Assembly (NCBI GenBank): GCA_013151505.1
Contig: JAADID010000175.1
Location: forward strand, 1 to 46,081
Source of the DNA: Chlorobiota bacterium
GTDB lineage: Bacteria > Bacteroidota > Bacteroidia > Bacteroidales > F082
Direction: 5' to 3'
Length of the DNA stretch: 46,081 bases
Position 1 is the stretch's first letter, and the number at the start of each line of letters is the position of its first letter. Made by a program: the position numbers and the translations under genes. Below are positions 19,218-28,738 of this stretch, piece by piece. The notes under the pieces were generated by a model, which did no database searches, was not told where the DNA came from, and worked only from the letters and a program-made list of their open reading frames with translations.

Positions 19218-19877
19218 TTATTTATTATGGCACGTCAGACATAAAGCGCTTCCTGCATTTGATATTCGGAGTGAGAGGGAAATAGTCTGTCCCGTAGCCA
19301 CATTGTGACATCCGGAACACCCCTGCGTATTTCTGCTGATGTGCGGATCGTGGCACGAAGTGCACTGCAAATACCCTGACTGGAGGAGATCCTCGGCAAT
19401 AGTACCGCCCAACCCTGAGGGAGTAGTAGCCGGGTCATATAACCCACCATCCGTAGCAGCCAGCGCCGAACTGTACTCAAATGAAATCGGATGATCATCA
19501 CGCAGGTCTGGTGTGATGTTTCCCCAGGTAACATACCAGGTGCCACCTGTGAAACCGCCGTGATTTTCAATGGCAACAGTTCCATCGTGACAGGAAAGGC
19601 ACAACTTTGAAAAGCCATTGGGCTGTCCGGGCGTGGCATCAAGTGTGTTGCTTGTGTAAACCTGAAAAGTTGCCGATGTAACCTCGTGATTCCATAAAGG
19701 CGAATCGTTAACTTCCATGTTTGCGTTGTGAGGCGTGTGGCATGGCCGGCAGGCCTCACCGCCACTCCACGAAGCGCCCGTAAAATCGTGGTGACTATTC
19801 AATAAACCCTGGCCGAAAGAAATGAAATATAAAAAGATCAGTAGTGAAGTAAAAATAGATCTCATAGTGGTTTTCAT
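19218..19877 (-). CDS. OmcE-like cytochrome c, 5 CxxCH
   Basis: HDF, CRPCHTPH, PLWN, CLSCHDG, DDHPISF, CTSCHDPH, extra CSGCH, GSALCLTCH. Confidence 0.88.
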   Translation of the reverse strand: MKTTMRSIFTSLLIFLYFISFGQGLLNSHHDFTGASWSGGEACRPCHTPHNANMEVNDSPLWNHEVTSATFQVYTSNTLDATPGQPNGFSKLCLSCHDGTVAIENHGGFTGGTWYVTWGNITPDLRDDHPISFEYSSALAATDGGLYDPATTPSGLGGTIAEDLLQSGYLQCTSCHDPHISRNTQGCSGCHNVATGQTISLSLRISNAGSALCLTCHNK

Positions 19878-19951
19878 TTGACTCTAATTTATTTGGTTTG
19901 AAATAAAAAATCTGCTTCAAAAACAAGTGGTTTTTTACGTAAAATCAGTGG

Positions 19952-19967
19952 AGCAAAAATCACGCCA
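19952..19967 (-). promoter_or_regulatory. Sigma-54 -24/-12 promoter (TGGCGTGATTTTTGCT)
   Basis: Exact GG-N10-GC on the minus strand, 75 bp upstream of ATG 19877. Confidence 0.75.
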
Positions 19968-20112
19968 AAATCACTATGTTTAAATAAAACAGATAGTAGT
20001 TTACCTATTGACAATCTTCTGTTTCGTGGTACAGAGATGTTTTTTCAATAAGTATTCAGGGATTATCTTTTTGCGTATTTGACGGTTTCCCCGTCCGACT
20101 GTATGAATCAGC

Positions 20113-20763
20113 CTATATGTTGTGACAGGTTAGACACAGTGCGCTGCCTTCATTGGACTTTCTTAGAAAGTAAGAAACAGTAGCGCCACGTCCATTCGTT
20201 TCATAATGTCTTTCGGGATTTCCCGAACCCGCAATATTGTGTACATCATGGCATGATGTACATTCCAATCTGCCGTTATCCAGCAAATCTTCTTCAATCG
20301 TACCACCCAAACCGGACATCGTAACGCTTGGATCGCGCAACTTTTTATCTTTCATTGCCAGGCTCGCATCATAGACAAAAGAGACCGGGTGACTATCTCT
20401 TATATAAATCCGGGGAGAATTATTTCCTTCGGGCGCCATAACAATGTGGTTGGAAGGAGCCACTGTTTCATCATGACACGAAAGACATTGCTTTGTTTTG
20501 CCGGAAGGAAGATTCGGATAACTTTTGACTGTACTTCTGGAATATAGCTGAAAAGTCGTAGCAGTATCATGTTGGTTCCAGTTAAGTGAAGAAGGTGGAC
20601 TCATATTGTCAGACTGGGTTATATGGCACGGTCTGCACGGATTATTACTGCTCCAGGAATTCCCTTTGAAAGAATGGTGTCCGAGTGGAAATTCCTGACC
20701 CATAATAGTTGATATAGGGTTAATTAACAACATAACCGCTATATACGCCAAGAATTTAGACAT
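20113..20763 (-). CDS. Divergent OmcE-like cytochrome c, 4 CxxCH
   Basis: CRPCH, CLSCHD, SHPVSF, LECTSCHDVH, GSALCLTCH; collinear with the other two paralogs. Confidence 0.85.
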   Translation of the reverse strand: MSKFLAYIAVMLLINPISTIMGQEFPLGHHSFKGNSWSSNNPCRPCHITQSDNMSPPSSLNWNQHDTATTFQLYSRSTVKSYPNLPSGKTKQCLSCHDETVAPSNHIVMAPEGNNSPRIYIRDSHPVSFVYDASLAMKDKKLRDPSVTMSGLGGTIEEDLLDNGRLECTSCHDVHNIAGSGNPERHYETNGRGATVSYFLRKSNEGSALCLTCHNI

Positions 20764-21218
20764 CTGTTTAAATTTTTTATATTAATGATTATTAATCTGC
20801 AAAACGATCTTTAAATTTTGTTACCCGAATAATTCAATCAATTTTCTTTCGGTTTCCTGTTTCAACTCTTTATCGTATTTCAACGAACCAATTTTCATTA
20901 TGTTTCAATTTTTTTAAACTCTTTGACATTCCGGGTCGGAAACGACATCCTTCTCCCGTTAAAGACAACGAGTGCTTTTTACCTATATAAAAGGCTAAGT
21001 ACTAATGTGTCACATCAACACGCGACAATTAAGAATATCTATACAGAATTTAAAGGAAGGAAGATAAAACCGGCAATCAGGACAGGTTTAATGCCGATTA
21101 TCATTTACAATGTCTTTTTTCATTTACTTTTTCATAAATAGTAATCAAAAAGTAACTTTCATCAAATAAAAGTTGAATGGAAATCCGGCTTTAATCAAAG
21201 GGGAAGACTGAAAATTGT

Positions 21219-22523
21219 TTAATTTCTTTTATACTCTCTTCTGGCATGGCACCCGGTCAGGCAGGAACCTCCGTTTTGAGTGACCTGATATTTTATCGGC
21301 ATTTCCCAGTTTCCAAAGGCTACACTACCTGCTATAAGATGTTCATATTGCGATCCGTGCATTTTATGGCAATCCTTGCAACTTCGCCCTTTATTTCCAT
21401 GAATATGGGCATAATGCAGGTTTTGATCCCCGTTTCTGAAACCGGTAGCGGATTTTGTTGTCTTTTTTTCGATTAAATCCGTGTCGTGACAAGTAAAACA
21501 CAATGCAAAGGTGTCGGGTTGTGCAGGGGCATAAAATCCGACAGGAAAAGCGTCCTGTAACAACGAAGGGAAAACGGAGGCATGTGGAAAATGACATCCT
21601 GAACAACCGACAAGCTCAATAGCGCCATGAATGACTTTGCTTTTGCTCAATATCTGTTTCATGTTGCTTATCTTTTTCGTCTCTGTTTTAATTGTCCGGT
21701 TATGGCAACTCAAACATAACTCCTGATTTTCTTTCAGAAGAAAATACTCCTGCGGCGAGGCATGAGGTGAATGGCAATTCACACAGGTTTCTTTAATTTT
21801 AACTGCACCATGGACAACGGGTTTACTGTCAACAGATTCTTTCACATCATCATGGCAGTCAAAGCAAAGGGCGGAAATCGTCTGATCAAGCAAATACTTA
21901 TCTCTTGAGCCATGTACCTGATGACAATTCCTGCAATCGTCTTCAAACGGCGGGTGCAGGTTTTTTGTCTTCATAAGTTTACCGACATCCTCGTGACATG
22001 AAAAACACAGATCGGGCATGGCGGATTTGAGCAAAGACCGGTATTTTGACTGATGCGGGTTATGGCAGGACTGACAATTTCCTTCACTTACAGGCTGGTG
22101 TCCGTTATCATGTTTCGCTATTTCCTCGTCGTGACATTCAAAACACAGAGAGGCAACCGGGTTAGCCAGTAGCAAATGTGGGTTCGCGCTACTGTGGGGG
22201 GAGTGGCACATCAGGCATTCACCGCCCTCAACCGGTGCATGGATATACTTTTTGGTGTTCTCATCATGACACATATAGCATAAAGCCGGCAATTCATCGG
22301 CCATTTTAAAAGCTTTTCCTTCCTCGCCCGGATGGGGCTTGCCGGTTGGTTCGTGGCAGTAATCACACGATTCTTCGGCAGGCGGGTGGACATTCTTGCC
22401 AGCCATCAGGTCTCCATGGCAGTCAAGGCAGGTTTTTTCCGGCTCGTCGTTTTGTCCCATGCCTTCGATGCCAAAAACAAGCAGTAAAGAAAAGATAAAG
22501 ATCATCCAAAAGTATTTCCTCAT
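21219..22523 (-). CDS. Periplasmic multiheme cytochrome c, ExtA-like (14 CxxCH + 1 Cx3CH)
   Basis: Repeated H.P....CxxCH.PH....LL......LCxxCH paired units; TGFRNGDQNLH...GRSCxxCH...GGSCLTGCH C-terminus; signal peptide. Confidence 0.9.
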   Translation of the reverse strand: MRKYFWMIFIFSLLLVFGIEGMGQNDEPEKTCLDCHGDLMAGKNVHPPAEESCDYCHEPTGKPHPGEEGKAFKMADELPALCYMCHDENTKKYIHAPVEGGECLMCHSPHSSANPHLLLANPVASLCFECHDEEIAKHDNGHQPVSEGNCQSCHNPHQSKYRSLLKSAMPDLCFSCHEDVGKLMKTKNLHPPFEDDCRNCHQVHGSRDKYLLDQTISALCFDCHDDVKESVDSKPVVHGAVKIKETCVNCHSPHASPQEYFLLKENQELCLSCHNRTIKTETKKISNMKQILSKSKVIHGAIELVGCSGCHFPHASVFPSLLQDAFPVGFYAPAQPDTFALCFTCHDTDLIEKKTTKSATGFRNGDQNLHYAHIHGNKGRSCKDCHKMHGSQYEHLIAGSVAFGNWEMPIKYQVTQNGGSCLTGCHARREYKRN

Positions 22524-22524
22524 T

Positions 22525-24501
22525 TTACCGCGATTTAAATTTCCTGATAACAGTTACATAGGCTCCATTGAAATTAAGGATTTCCCTGTTTAAATAGTTT
22601 CGCCGATAAACTTCAAGACCGAGCGTAATATACAATTTTCTGACAACCATGTTTAATTCCGTTTTGGCAATAAGATAGTTCAGTCCGATCTCGTAACCGT
22701 TTTGTTCCCTGTAACTTAATTCCAGGTTGAGCTTAATATTTCTGGTGAAACTGTATGCTATTCTCGCTGACACATCTCCATAGGTTTCATCTCTCCGGTC
22801 GGCAATTGTTATATAATATCTGAGATTACCTACGAGCGAAATCAATAGTTTCTGTTTAAAGCGCCAAAGCATGTTCCCGTTCAACCTGATTAACTGATAG
22901 GGAATGATCGTACTCTCGTAATCATCATATTCGATGCCAAAACGTGCAAACCCGACTTTGAACTTTATACCGTAAAGGTTTTGGTAAAAGTAATTTAACA
23001 CCAGTAAATCGGATGATTCCACAAAACTATAGTCTTGTTTAGCCCATCTGTAGTACACCTCAATAAACTGATCAAAAAACGTTAAACTGGCCGTAGCTGA
23101 CTGGCTTATCATATTAAACTTATAAGAACCGGGGAGCATGGCCGTATAATCCACCAGAACCGTTGCATTGTCCGGTATTTTTCCTCCGGGTATCCGTTTG
23201 ATCTCGATGTAATTATTCTGTTCAAACAACAGATAATCCAGGTCCAGATCGTAGATAACAGTACCTGTTACATCTTTTACAACGACAGACCCGATATCTG
23301 CATACGGTTGGTCGAGAAGAGTGATTTGATCATCGGACAGCACATGTTCTTCGTTAGTTACAAAAAACGGCACAGGTTCGCTTACCCTGTCAAAATAGCG
23401 ATCCAGGAAAGAATAAGAAAGATTTAAATTTCCTTTAGGTATTTTCTTGGTGTACCTGATCTCGAATGCAGTCCGCAGATCATCTTCGCTGTATATTGTG
23501 TGCTTGTTGCTGGTGTATTCCGCATAAATATTGGTTTTCAGGCTTTTGAACAGTTGATGGTTCAAATCTACCCTTCCCCTGTGCTGATTAAGCTGGTATA
23601 TCGGATTGGTGTATTGATAAAAATTATATGAACTTACCAACCTGAAATTTTTGGGTAACCTGAAGGTCATGCTACTCATCACCTGGAACCTGTTGAAATT
23701 GTCATACCCAGTTTGGTAGAAATTCGATATGAAAGTCAGCAGGTTATAGCGTCTCATCCTGTCAAACGGGATGCTGCTGTTCAGTTCAATATTGTGTATT
23801 TTATTCTCTCTTGGCTCGGGCAGGTAATATTCTGCATGAATGTAATCATCAAAACTGTAACTAAGCCTGTTGTCATCCTGAGTAAAAAAGGTTTTCGAAA
23901 CTTTAGCTTTGATGCTGCGTTGCCAGTACTTATAAACCTGATTTGTTTCTACTTCTTCCTGATCCCATTTCCCTTCCTCATACGTCACGGAAGCAGGAAG
24001 CACCCTGTTTTTGTAATAAATACCTCCTCCAAAAAATCTCCGGCTCATACGGGAATTGGTAAAGTTCTCCCGGTTTACGTAGCTTTGGCCCATATTGACA
24101 AAAGCATTCACAGTCAGCTTTTTTTCACGAAAGAATGTCGTTCTGAGGTTCAGCCTGCTCAGTGTTCTTGCATCGGAACGGTCGGGGATGCTTGAGTATT
24201 GGTCATTAAGTTTTTCAGGGTTAAATTCACCTTCAAAATCAATTTCCATCAGATTGGGGTTAACGATAAAACTTTTCGATTTCAAAAGAAATCTGCCCGA
24301 AAACAGTGTCCCGTTGATTATTTCCTCGAAGCCGGAGCCTAAAATGCGCTGCTGGTACCGGTAACGTCCTTTTACCCCCACTTCACCCGACAACAACTCC
24401 TGATTCCAGAAATGGTATATCCCTGCGCCGTTTTGCCCGAAACATTCAACGGAAACAAGCAACAACAAACCTACTAACCTTCTGAATCTCAAATCTCTCA
24501 T
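22525..24501 (-). CDS. Predicted outer-membrane beta-barrel (ExtB-like porin of a porin-cytochrome conduit)
   Basis: Signal peptide; alternating Tyr/Phe-rich beta-strands; C-terminal YVTVIRKF; tightly packed between two cytochrome genes. Confidence 0.72.
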   Translation of the reverse strand: MRDLRFRRLVGLLLLVSVECFGQNGAGIYHFWNQELLSGEVGVKGRYRYQQRILGSGFEEIINGTLFSGRFLLKSKSFIVNPNLMEIDFEGEFNPEKLNDQYSSIPDRSDARTLSRLNLRTTFFREKKLTVNAFVNMGQSYVNRENFTNSRMSRRFFGGGIYYKNRVLPASVTYEEGKWDQEEVETNQVYKYWQRSIKAKVSKTFFTQDDNRLSYSFDDYIHAEYYLPEPRENKIHNIELNSSIPFDRMRRYNLLTFISNFYQTGYDNFNRFQVMSSMTFRLPKNFRLVSSYNFYQYTNPIYQLNQHRGRVDLNHQLFKSLKTNIYAEYTSNKHTIYSEDDLRTAFEIRYTKKIPKGNLNLSYSFLDRYFDRVSEPVPFFVTNEEHVLSDDQITLLDQPYADIGSVVVKDVTGTVIYDLDLDYLLFEQNNYIEIKRIPGGKIPDNATVLVDYTAMLPGSYKFNMISQSATASLTFFDQFIEVYYRWAKQDYSFVESSDLLVLNYFYQNLYGIKFKVGFARFGIEYDDYESTIIPYQLIRLNGNMLWRFKQKLLISLVGNLRYYITIADRRDETYGDVSARIAYSFTRNIKLNLELSYREQNGYEIGLNYLIAKTELNMVVRKLYITLGLEVYRRNYLNREILNFNGAYVTVIRKFKSR

Positions 24502-24508
24502 TATCCTT

Positions 24509-25078
24509 TCAGTTCAAAATAAACCTGTCCTCACCGCCATGCGGGTTATGACATTCCGTACAATCGGCATCTTCGATATCGGAATGTGCCTCATTTTTAA
24601 ATACATCTTTGGAAAGGTGGCAATTCAGGCACAAATTCTGCCCTGTCCTGATAAGTAAAAATTTGTTTTTACTCATGTGCGGATTATGGCATTGCGTACA
24701 AAAGCCTGCATCAACAGGCCCGTGTAACACTTGATACTGGTCCCCGAAACTTTCGTGGCATTGATAGCAAAGCCCCGGTAAGGGCTCAAGCAATTTTCCC
24801 ATTTGTCCCTGGTTGTGGCAGTTGGCACATTCTTTTTCCTGATAAGGTGGATGAAATATATATTCGGACTTTACCACACGGATAGTCTTAGTTTCCTTAC
24901 TGCCAGCCATTCTGATGGAATCAGCCCGTGCAATACTGTCTGCTTTATATGGATTCGGTACCCCGTCAAAAAAAAAGGAAAGCGTTTTATAATGTGTCTT
25001 TGGTGAGCATGAAATCATCAATGCGAAAGCAAAAGCAAGCAAGATAACTTTTATGTGTAGATCCCTGCGCATCGGCAT
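24509..25078 (-). CDS. Pentaheme lipoprotein cytochrome c, ExtC-like
   Basis: Lipobox LMISC; LSFFFDGVP motif; 5 CxxCH. Confidence 0.88.
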   Translation of the reverse strand: MPMRRDLHIKVILLAFAFALMISCSPKTHYKTLSFFFDGVPNPYKADSIARADSIRMAGSKETKTIRVVKSEYIFHPPYQEKECANCHNQGQMGKLLEPLPGLCYQCHESFGDQYQVLHGPVDAGFCTQCHNPHMSKNKFLLIRTGQNLCLNCHLSKDVFKNEAHSDIEDADCTECHNPHGGEDRFILN

Positions 25079-25087
25079 CCCCGCTTA

Positions 25088-26158
25088 TCATTTGGGCTCT
25101 ACATAACCATATACATTCACTTTATCAGGACCATACTGGTTGGTAACGAATATCAGGTATTTGAGTCGGAAACTATCGTCAACATAGTTTTCAAAGTATT
25201 TTAAATTGTCATAGTCAATAACCACCTTTGCTGGCAACCACATACCACCCGGACCTTTGTAGGGACCTCCGAAAAACATCAACAGATTCCCATCTTTATC
25301 GAATATCTGAATATTCTCAAATCCTGCATCCACAACGTACAGGTGTCCATCTCTGTCAACAGCGATACCTTTGGGACGAACAAACTGACCGATGCTTTTC
25401 CCGTAACTACCCACAGACCTTACGAACTCGCCGTCATGGGTATAAACTTTTATCCTGAAATCCCCAAAATCAGTAACATATACATATTTATCGGTAACAT
25501 AGATGTTGGATGGTGAAAACAGGAAATCTTTATCCCCCGGCTCTGCATCGGGAATGCGTTTTAACAGTTTGTAATCATCTTTGTTGTACACATCAATACT
25601 ATGGCTTGTGAAATTGGCAACCCATATTTTATTATCCTTCACAAAAACGTCGGTGGGTTTTGCATTTTCAGCCTCTCCAAAACTTGCCAGATAACTTCCG
25701 TCACTGTTAAAAACGACAATCTGTCTGCGTTTGGGATCAGCAACATAGAGTTTATTGTCATCATCCAGGAAACAATTAACGGGTTTTTTCAGTTGTCCCA
25801 TGCCTTCCGGGGAAAAGTAATTAAAGTTATGTTTTTCAAGATTAATGACCTCCAGCGCATCCATTTGTGTGTCACAAATATAAATTTTACCGTCGCGTAT
25901 GGCCAGGCCATAAGGTTTTACTATACCCATGTCGGGCAACTCGCCAAACAGGAATCGTGCAAATCCCGATCGTTTTCCCGTTATATCAAGTGAGCTACTG
26001 ATTTTCGTCAGGTACTGTATCCTTGTTGTGTCGGGCGGTGAGGGATAAATGATGATGTTTTCAGATGATATATTTTTATGTATCTTCCGCGAACATGATA
26101 TCGAAAGCATTAAAAACAAACTACTTATCAGGATAACATAAAGCTTTATGCCTTTCAT
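25088..26158 (-). CDS. NHL-repeat beta-propeller lipoprotein
   Basis: Lipobox LSISC; YPSPPDTTRIQY; GQFVRPKGIAVD repeats. Confidence 0.9.
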   Translation of the reverse strand: MKGIKLYVILISSLFLMLSISCSRKIHKNISSENIIIYPSPPDTTRIQYLTKISSSLDITGKRSGFARFLFGELPDMGIVKPYGLAIRDGKIYICDTQMDALEVINLEKHNFNYFSPEGMGQLKKPVNCFLDDDNKLYVADPKRRQIVVFNSDGSYLASFGEAENAKPTDVFVKDNKIWVANFTSHSIDVYNKDDYKLLKRIPDAEPGDKDFLFSPSNIYVTDKYVYVTDFGDFRIKVYTHDGEFVRSVGSYGKSIGQFVRPKGIAVDRDGHLYVVDAGFENIQIFDKDGNLLMFFGGPYKGPGGMWLPAKVVIDYDNLKYFENYVDDSFRLKYLIFVTNQYGPDKVNVYGYVEPK

Positions 26159-26206
26159 AAATATAGCCCTTAAATTTTTGGATAAATATACTAAAATGCT
26201 AAGAAT

Positions 26207-26236
26207 AAAAAAGGTGATTTCTCAATCACCTTTTTT
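26207..26236 (-). terminator. Intrinsic terminator / stabilising hairpin after the lead OmcE-like gene
   Basis: AAAAAAGGTGATT-tctc-AATCACCTTTTTT perfect 13-bp inverted repeat. Confidence 0.8.
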
Positions 26237-26259
26237 AAACTCATATTTTTCAAATAATG

Positions 26260-26880
26260 TTATTTGTTGTGGCAGGTCAGGCATAATGCGCTGGCTGCAT
26301 TACTTTTGACAAGCAATTTAGCCACACCTGATCCGTTGTGTACATCATGGCAGGAAGCACACTCCAATTTCGTACCGAATAACATATCAGCATCTATGGT
26401 GCCGCCCAGACCGGAGTTTGTTGTCGTCGGGTCATACAATCCACCGTCGGTGCTTGCAAGGGTAGCATCATAAACAAACGATATCGGATGGTCATCACTC
26501 AAATCCGTACCAAGAAGTTCGTCACCGGAAATGAATGTAGTTCCATTGGTTTTTCCGCCGAAATTGTCAAGTGCAACGGTTCCGTCGTGACAACTCAGAC
26601 ACAATTTCGAAATCCCGTCAGGTTGCCCTACTGTAGCATCCAGTGTGGAGGATGAATAAACAGTATACGTCGCGGTAGATAACTGGTGGTTCCACAAAGG
26701 GGCATCAGTTACGCTAATATCAGCGTGGTGCGGTGTATGGCAAACAATGCAGATTTCGCCCGATGGGTTCCAGGTTTCGCTCGAAAAATCATGAGCAGAA
26801 CCGGAAATGTTCTGTCCCAAAGTAACCTGGGCCAAAAAAAGGATAAATAATCCTGCAAAAAGTTTAATCAGTGTTTTCAT
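26260..26880 (-). CDS. OmcE-like tetraheme cytochrome c (candidate nanowire subunit)
   Basis: I..S.HDFS, ICIVCHTPH, PLWN, YSSS, S.LCLSCHDG, LGTDLSDDHPISF, LECASCHDVH, S.LCLTCH.K; matches my recollection of Geobacter OmcE motif by motif. Confidence 0.88.
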   Translation of the reverse strand: MKTLIKLFAGLFILFLAQVTLGQNISGSAHDFSSETWNPSGEICIVCHTPHHADISVTDAPLWNHQLSTATYTVYSSSTLDATVGQPDGISKLCLSCHDGTVALDNFGGKTNGTTFISGDELLGTDLSDDHPISFVYDATLASTDGGLYDPTTTNSGLGGTIDADMLFGTKLECASCHDVHNGSGVAKLLVKSNAASALCLTCHNK

Positions 26881-26951
26881 TTTAATTTTGTTTAATGATT
26901 AATTAATGATTTTCTTTTTCTTTTGATAATAAATTCACATTGCAAAGATAT

Positions 26952-26967
26952 TGCAAAGTTCGTGCCT
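26952..26967 (-). promoter_or_regulatory. Sigma-54 -24/-12 promoter (AGGCACGAACTTTGCA)
   Basis: GGCACG-N4-TTGCA near-consensus, 72 bp upstream of ATG 26880. Confidence 0.78.
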
Positions 26968-27278
26968 GTTGTGATGCTTAAAGAAATTTAGAATTAATCC
27001 AAATATAGTATGTTCAACAAAAAGCCAATGGCAGATAATCAAACGCGGCTTTACAAAAATATAAAAATGTCAATACATCCGTTGTTAACCCGGTATTTAT
27101 GAATTAATGAGGTTAAGATATTCAAATCTCCGGTTTTTTTAGCCGGCTTAAAATTATCAATATTAGGGGATGATACATATAACCTGTTAGAAATTTTTGT
27201 TAAAAATCAATTTTTTTTGGGTTCCTGATAATAAAAACAACAAAATATGTGTTTATAGCAGCAGCCGCAAACAAAACC

Positions 27279-27315
27279 GGGGCATTTCACCCAGGTGGCG
27301 TGGGGCATTTCACCC
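27279..27315. promoter_or_regulatory. Candidate upstream activator sequence: two exact GGGGCATTTCACCC copies, 23-bp period
   Basis: Exact 14-mer at 27279-27292 and 27302-27315, just after the activator gene and about 310-350 bp upstream of the sigma-54 promoter. Confidence 0.6.
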
Positions 27316-27324
27316 TATCCCGCA

Positions 27325-28704
27325 TTACAAACCGTATTTCTTTTTTTTATACCGCAGCGCATCCCTTGAAATACCTAACATTTTCGAGGCTTTGGTTTGA
27401 TTATACTCACTTTTCTGAAGAGCTTGCAGAATTAATTGTTTTTCCAGGGTTTCCAGTGAAATGCCTTCTTCGGGAATATCAAACTGATATGGGTTTCCGG
27501 TTTCAGGCGCCTGACCGGTAACCAAAGCTGTATTAATCTCACACGGCAGGTTATCCGGTCGGATTTTATCATTATTTTCAAGAATAATGGCGCGTTCCAT
27601 TACATTGCGCAATTCCCTTATATTACCCGGCCATTTATAATGAGACATCAGTTCCAGGGCATTACGCTCAACACCCTTTATTTTTTTGTTAAACTGACTG
27701 TTGAACAGCTCTATGAAATAGTCTATCAACAAGGGGATATCTTCTTTGTGTTCCCGAAGCGGAGGAATATCAATCTGAAATACCTTCAGACGATAATATA
27801 GATCCTCCCTGAAAGTTTTTTGCTCGATGGAGTTTATAAGGTCTTTGTTCGTGGCGGCAATAATGCGAATATCCACGGGAATTTCTGAAGTGCTTCCCAG
27901 ACGCTTTATTGTTCTGTTCTCAAGCACACTCAATAGTTTTACCTGTGTAGCGAGGTTTATTTCACCGATTTCATCAAGGAAAACCGTACCCCCTTCAGCT
28001 ATTTCAAAAAGTCCCTTTTTCATTTTGGCTGCATCCGTAAAGGCTCCTTTTTCATGCCCGAAAAGTTCACTTTCAAGCAGGGTATCGGGAAAAGTAGAAC
28101 AATTAATGGTCACAAAGGGATTTTCTTTTCGACTACTTTCGTTGTGGATTGCGCGCGCAAACAAATCTTTCCCTGTTCCGCTTTCGCCCAAAAGCAAAAT
28201 GGTGGTCGTTTCGGAACGGGCAATTTTTTTGGAAATCTGGACAATTTGTTTGAAGACCGGTGACTCGCCGATAATATTGTCGAAGGTAATTTTCTCCCGT
28301 TGCTGCCGCCTCAGCAACTTGATCTCGGTATTGATGTTGATGTTGTTTTTAATGTTTTCGATGAGCAGGTTAACTTCATCAAACGAAAACGGTTTGTTAA
28401 TGTATTCGTTTGCGCCGTTTTTCATCGCCGTCACAGCGGTATCAATTGAGCCATAGGCGGTCATAAAAACAATGATGGCATCCTCGTCTATGGATTTGAT
28501 TTTTGTAATCACTTCAAGTCCCTGAATGCCGGGCAGACGGTTGTCAACAAAAACAATGTCAGGATAATATTTCTCAAACAATTCGATTCCTTCCTCGCCT
28601 GTTTCCGCCAGGTAAACCCTGTAGCCTTTTACATTTAAATGTTTCTCGAACGACCACCGGATGAGTTTTTCATCGTCAATGACCAGGATTTTCAATAACT
28701 TCAT
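27325..28704 (-). CDS. Sigma-54-dependent response regulator (REC-AAA+-Fis HTH, NtrC/AtoC family)
   Basis: IDDE, GESGTGKD, GHEKGAFTDA, FLDEIGE, WPGNIREL, C-terminal HTH. Confidence 0.96.
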   Translation of the reverse strand: MKLLKILVIDDEKLIRWSFEKHLNVKGYRVYLAETGEEGIELFEKYYPDIVFVDNRLPGIQGLEVITKIKSIDEDAIIVFMTAYGSIDTAVTAMKNGANEYINKPFSFDEVNLLIENIKNNININTEIKLLRRQQREKITFDNIIGESPVFKQIVQISKKIARSETTTILLLGESGTGKDLFARAIHNESSRKENPFVTINCSTFPDTLLESELFGHEKGAFTDAAKMKKGLFEIAEGGTVFLDEIGEINLATQVKLLSVLENRTIKRLGSTSEIPVDIRIIAATNKDLINSIEQKTFREDLYYRLKVFQIDIPPLREHKEDIPLLIDYFIELFNSQFNKKIKGVERNALELMSHYKWPGNIRELRNVMERAIILENNDKIRPDNLPCEINTALVTGQAPETGNPYQFDIPEEGISLETLEKQLILQALQKSEYNQTKASKMLGISRDALRYKKKKYGL

Positions 28705-28738
28705 GGTTGTTTCACTAAATATGCCGGTTTTAAAAAAA

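Noticed and set aside
20923..21141. 72-aa plus-strand ORF within the island
   Set aside because: Opposite strand, TTG start, AT-rich intergenic composition
19218..26880. Calling the small cytochromes OmcS or OmcZ, or the conduit MtrAB
   Set aside because: Size (~210 aa) and 4-5 hemes fit OmcE, not hexaheme OmcS or octaheme OmcZ; the periplasmic partner has 14-15 hemes, not the MtrA decaheme pattern. Gene symbols were withheld pending searches
27827..28456. 209-aa plus-strand ORF
   Set aside because: Antisense shadow of the sigma-54 activator
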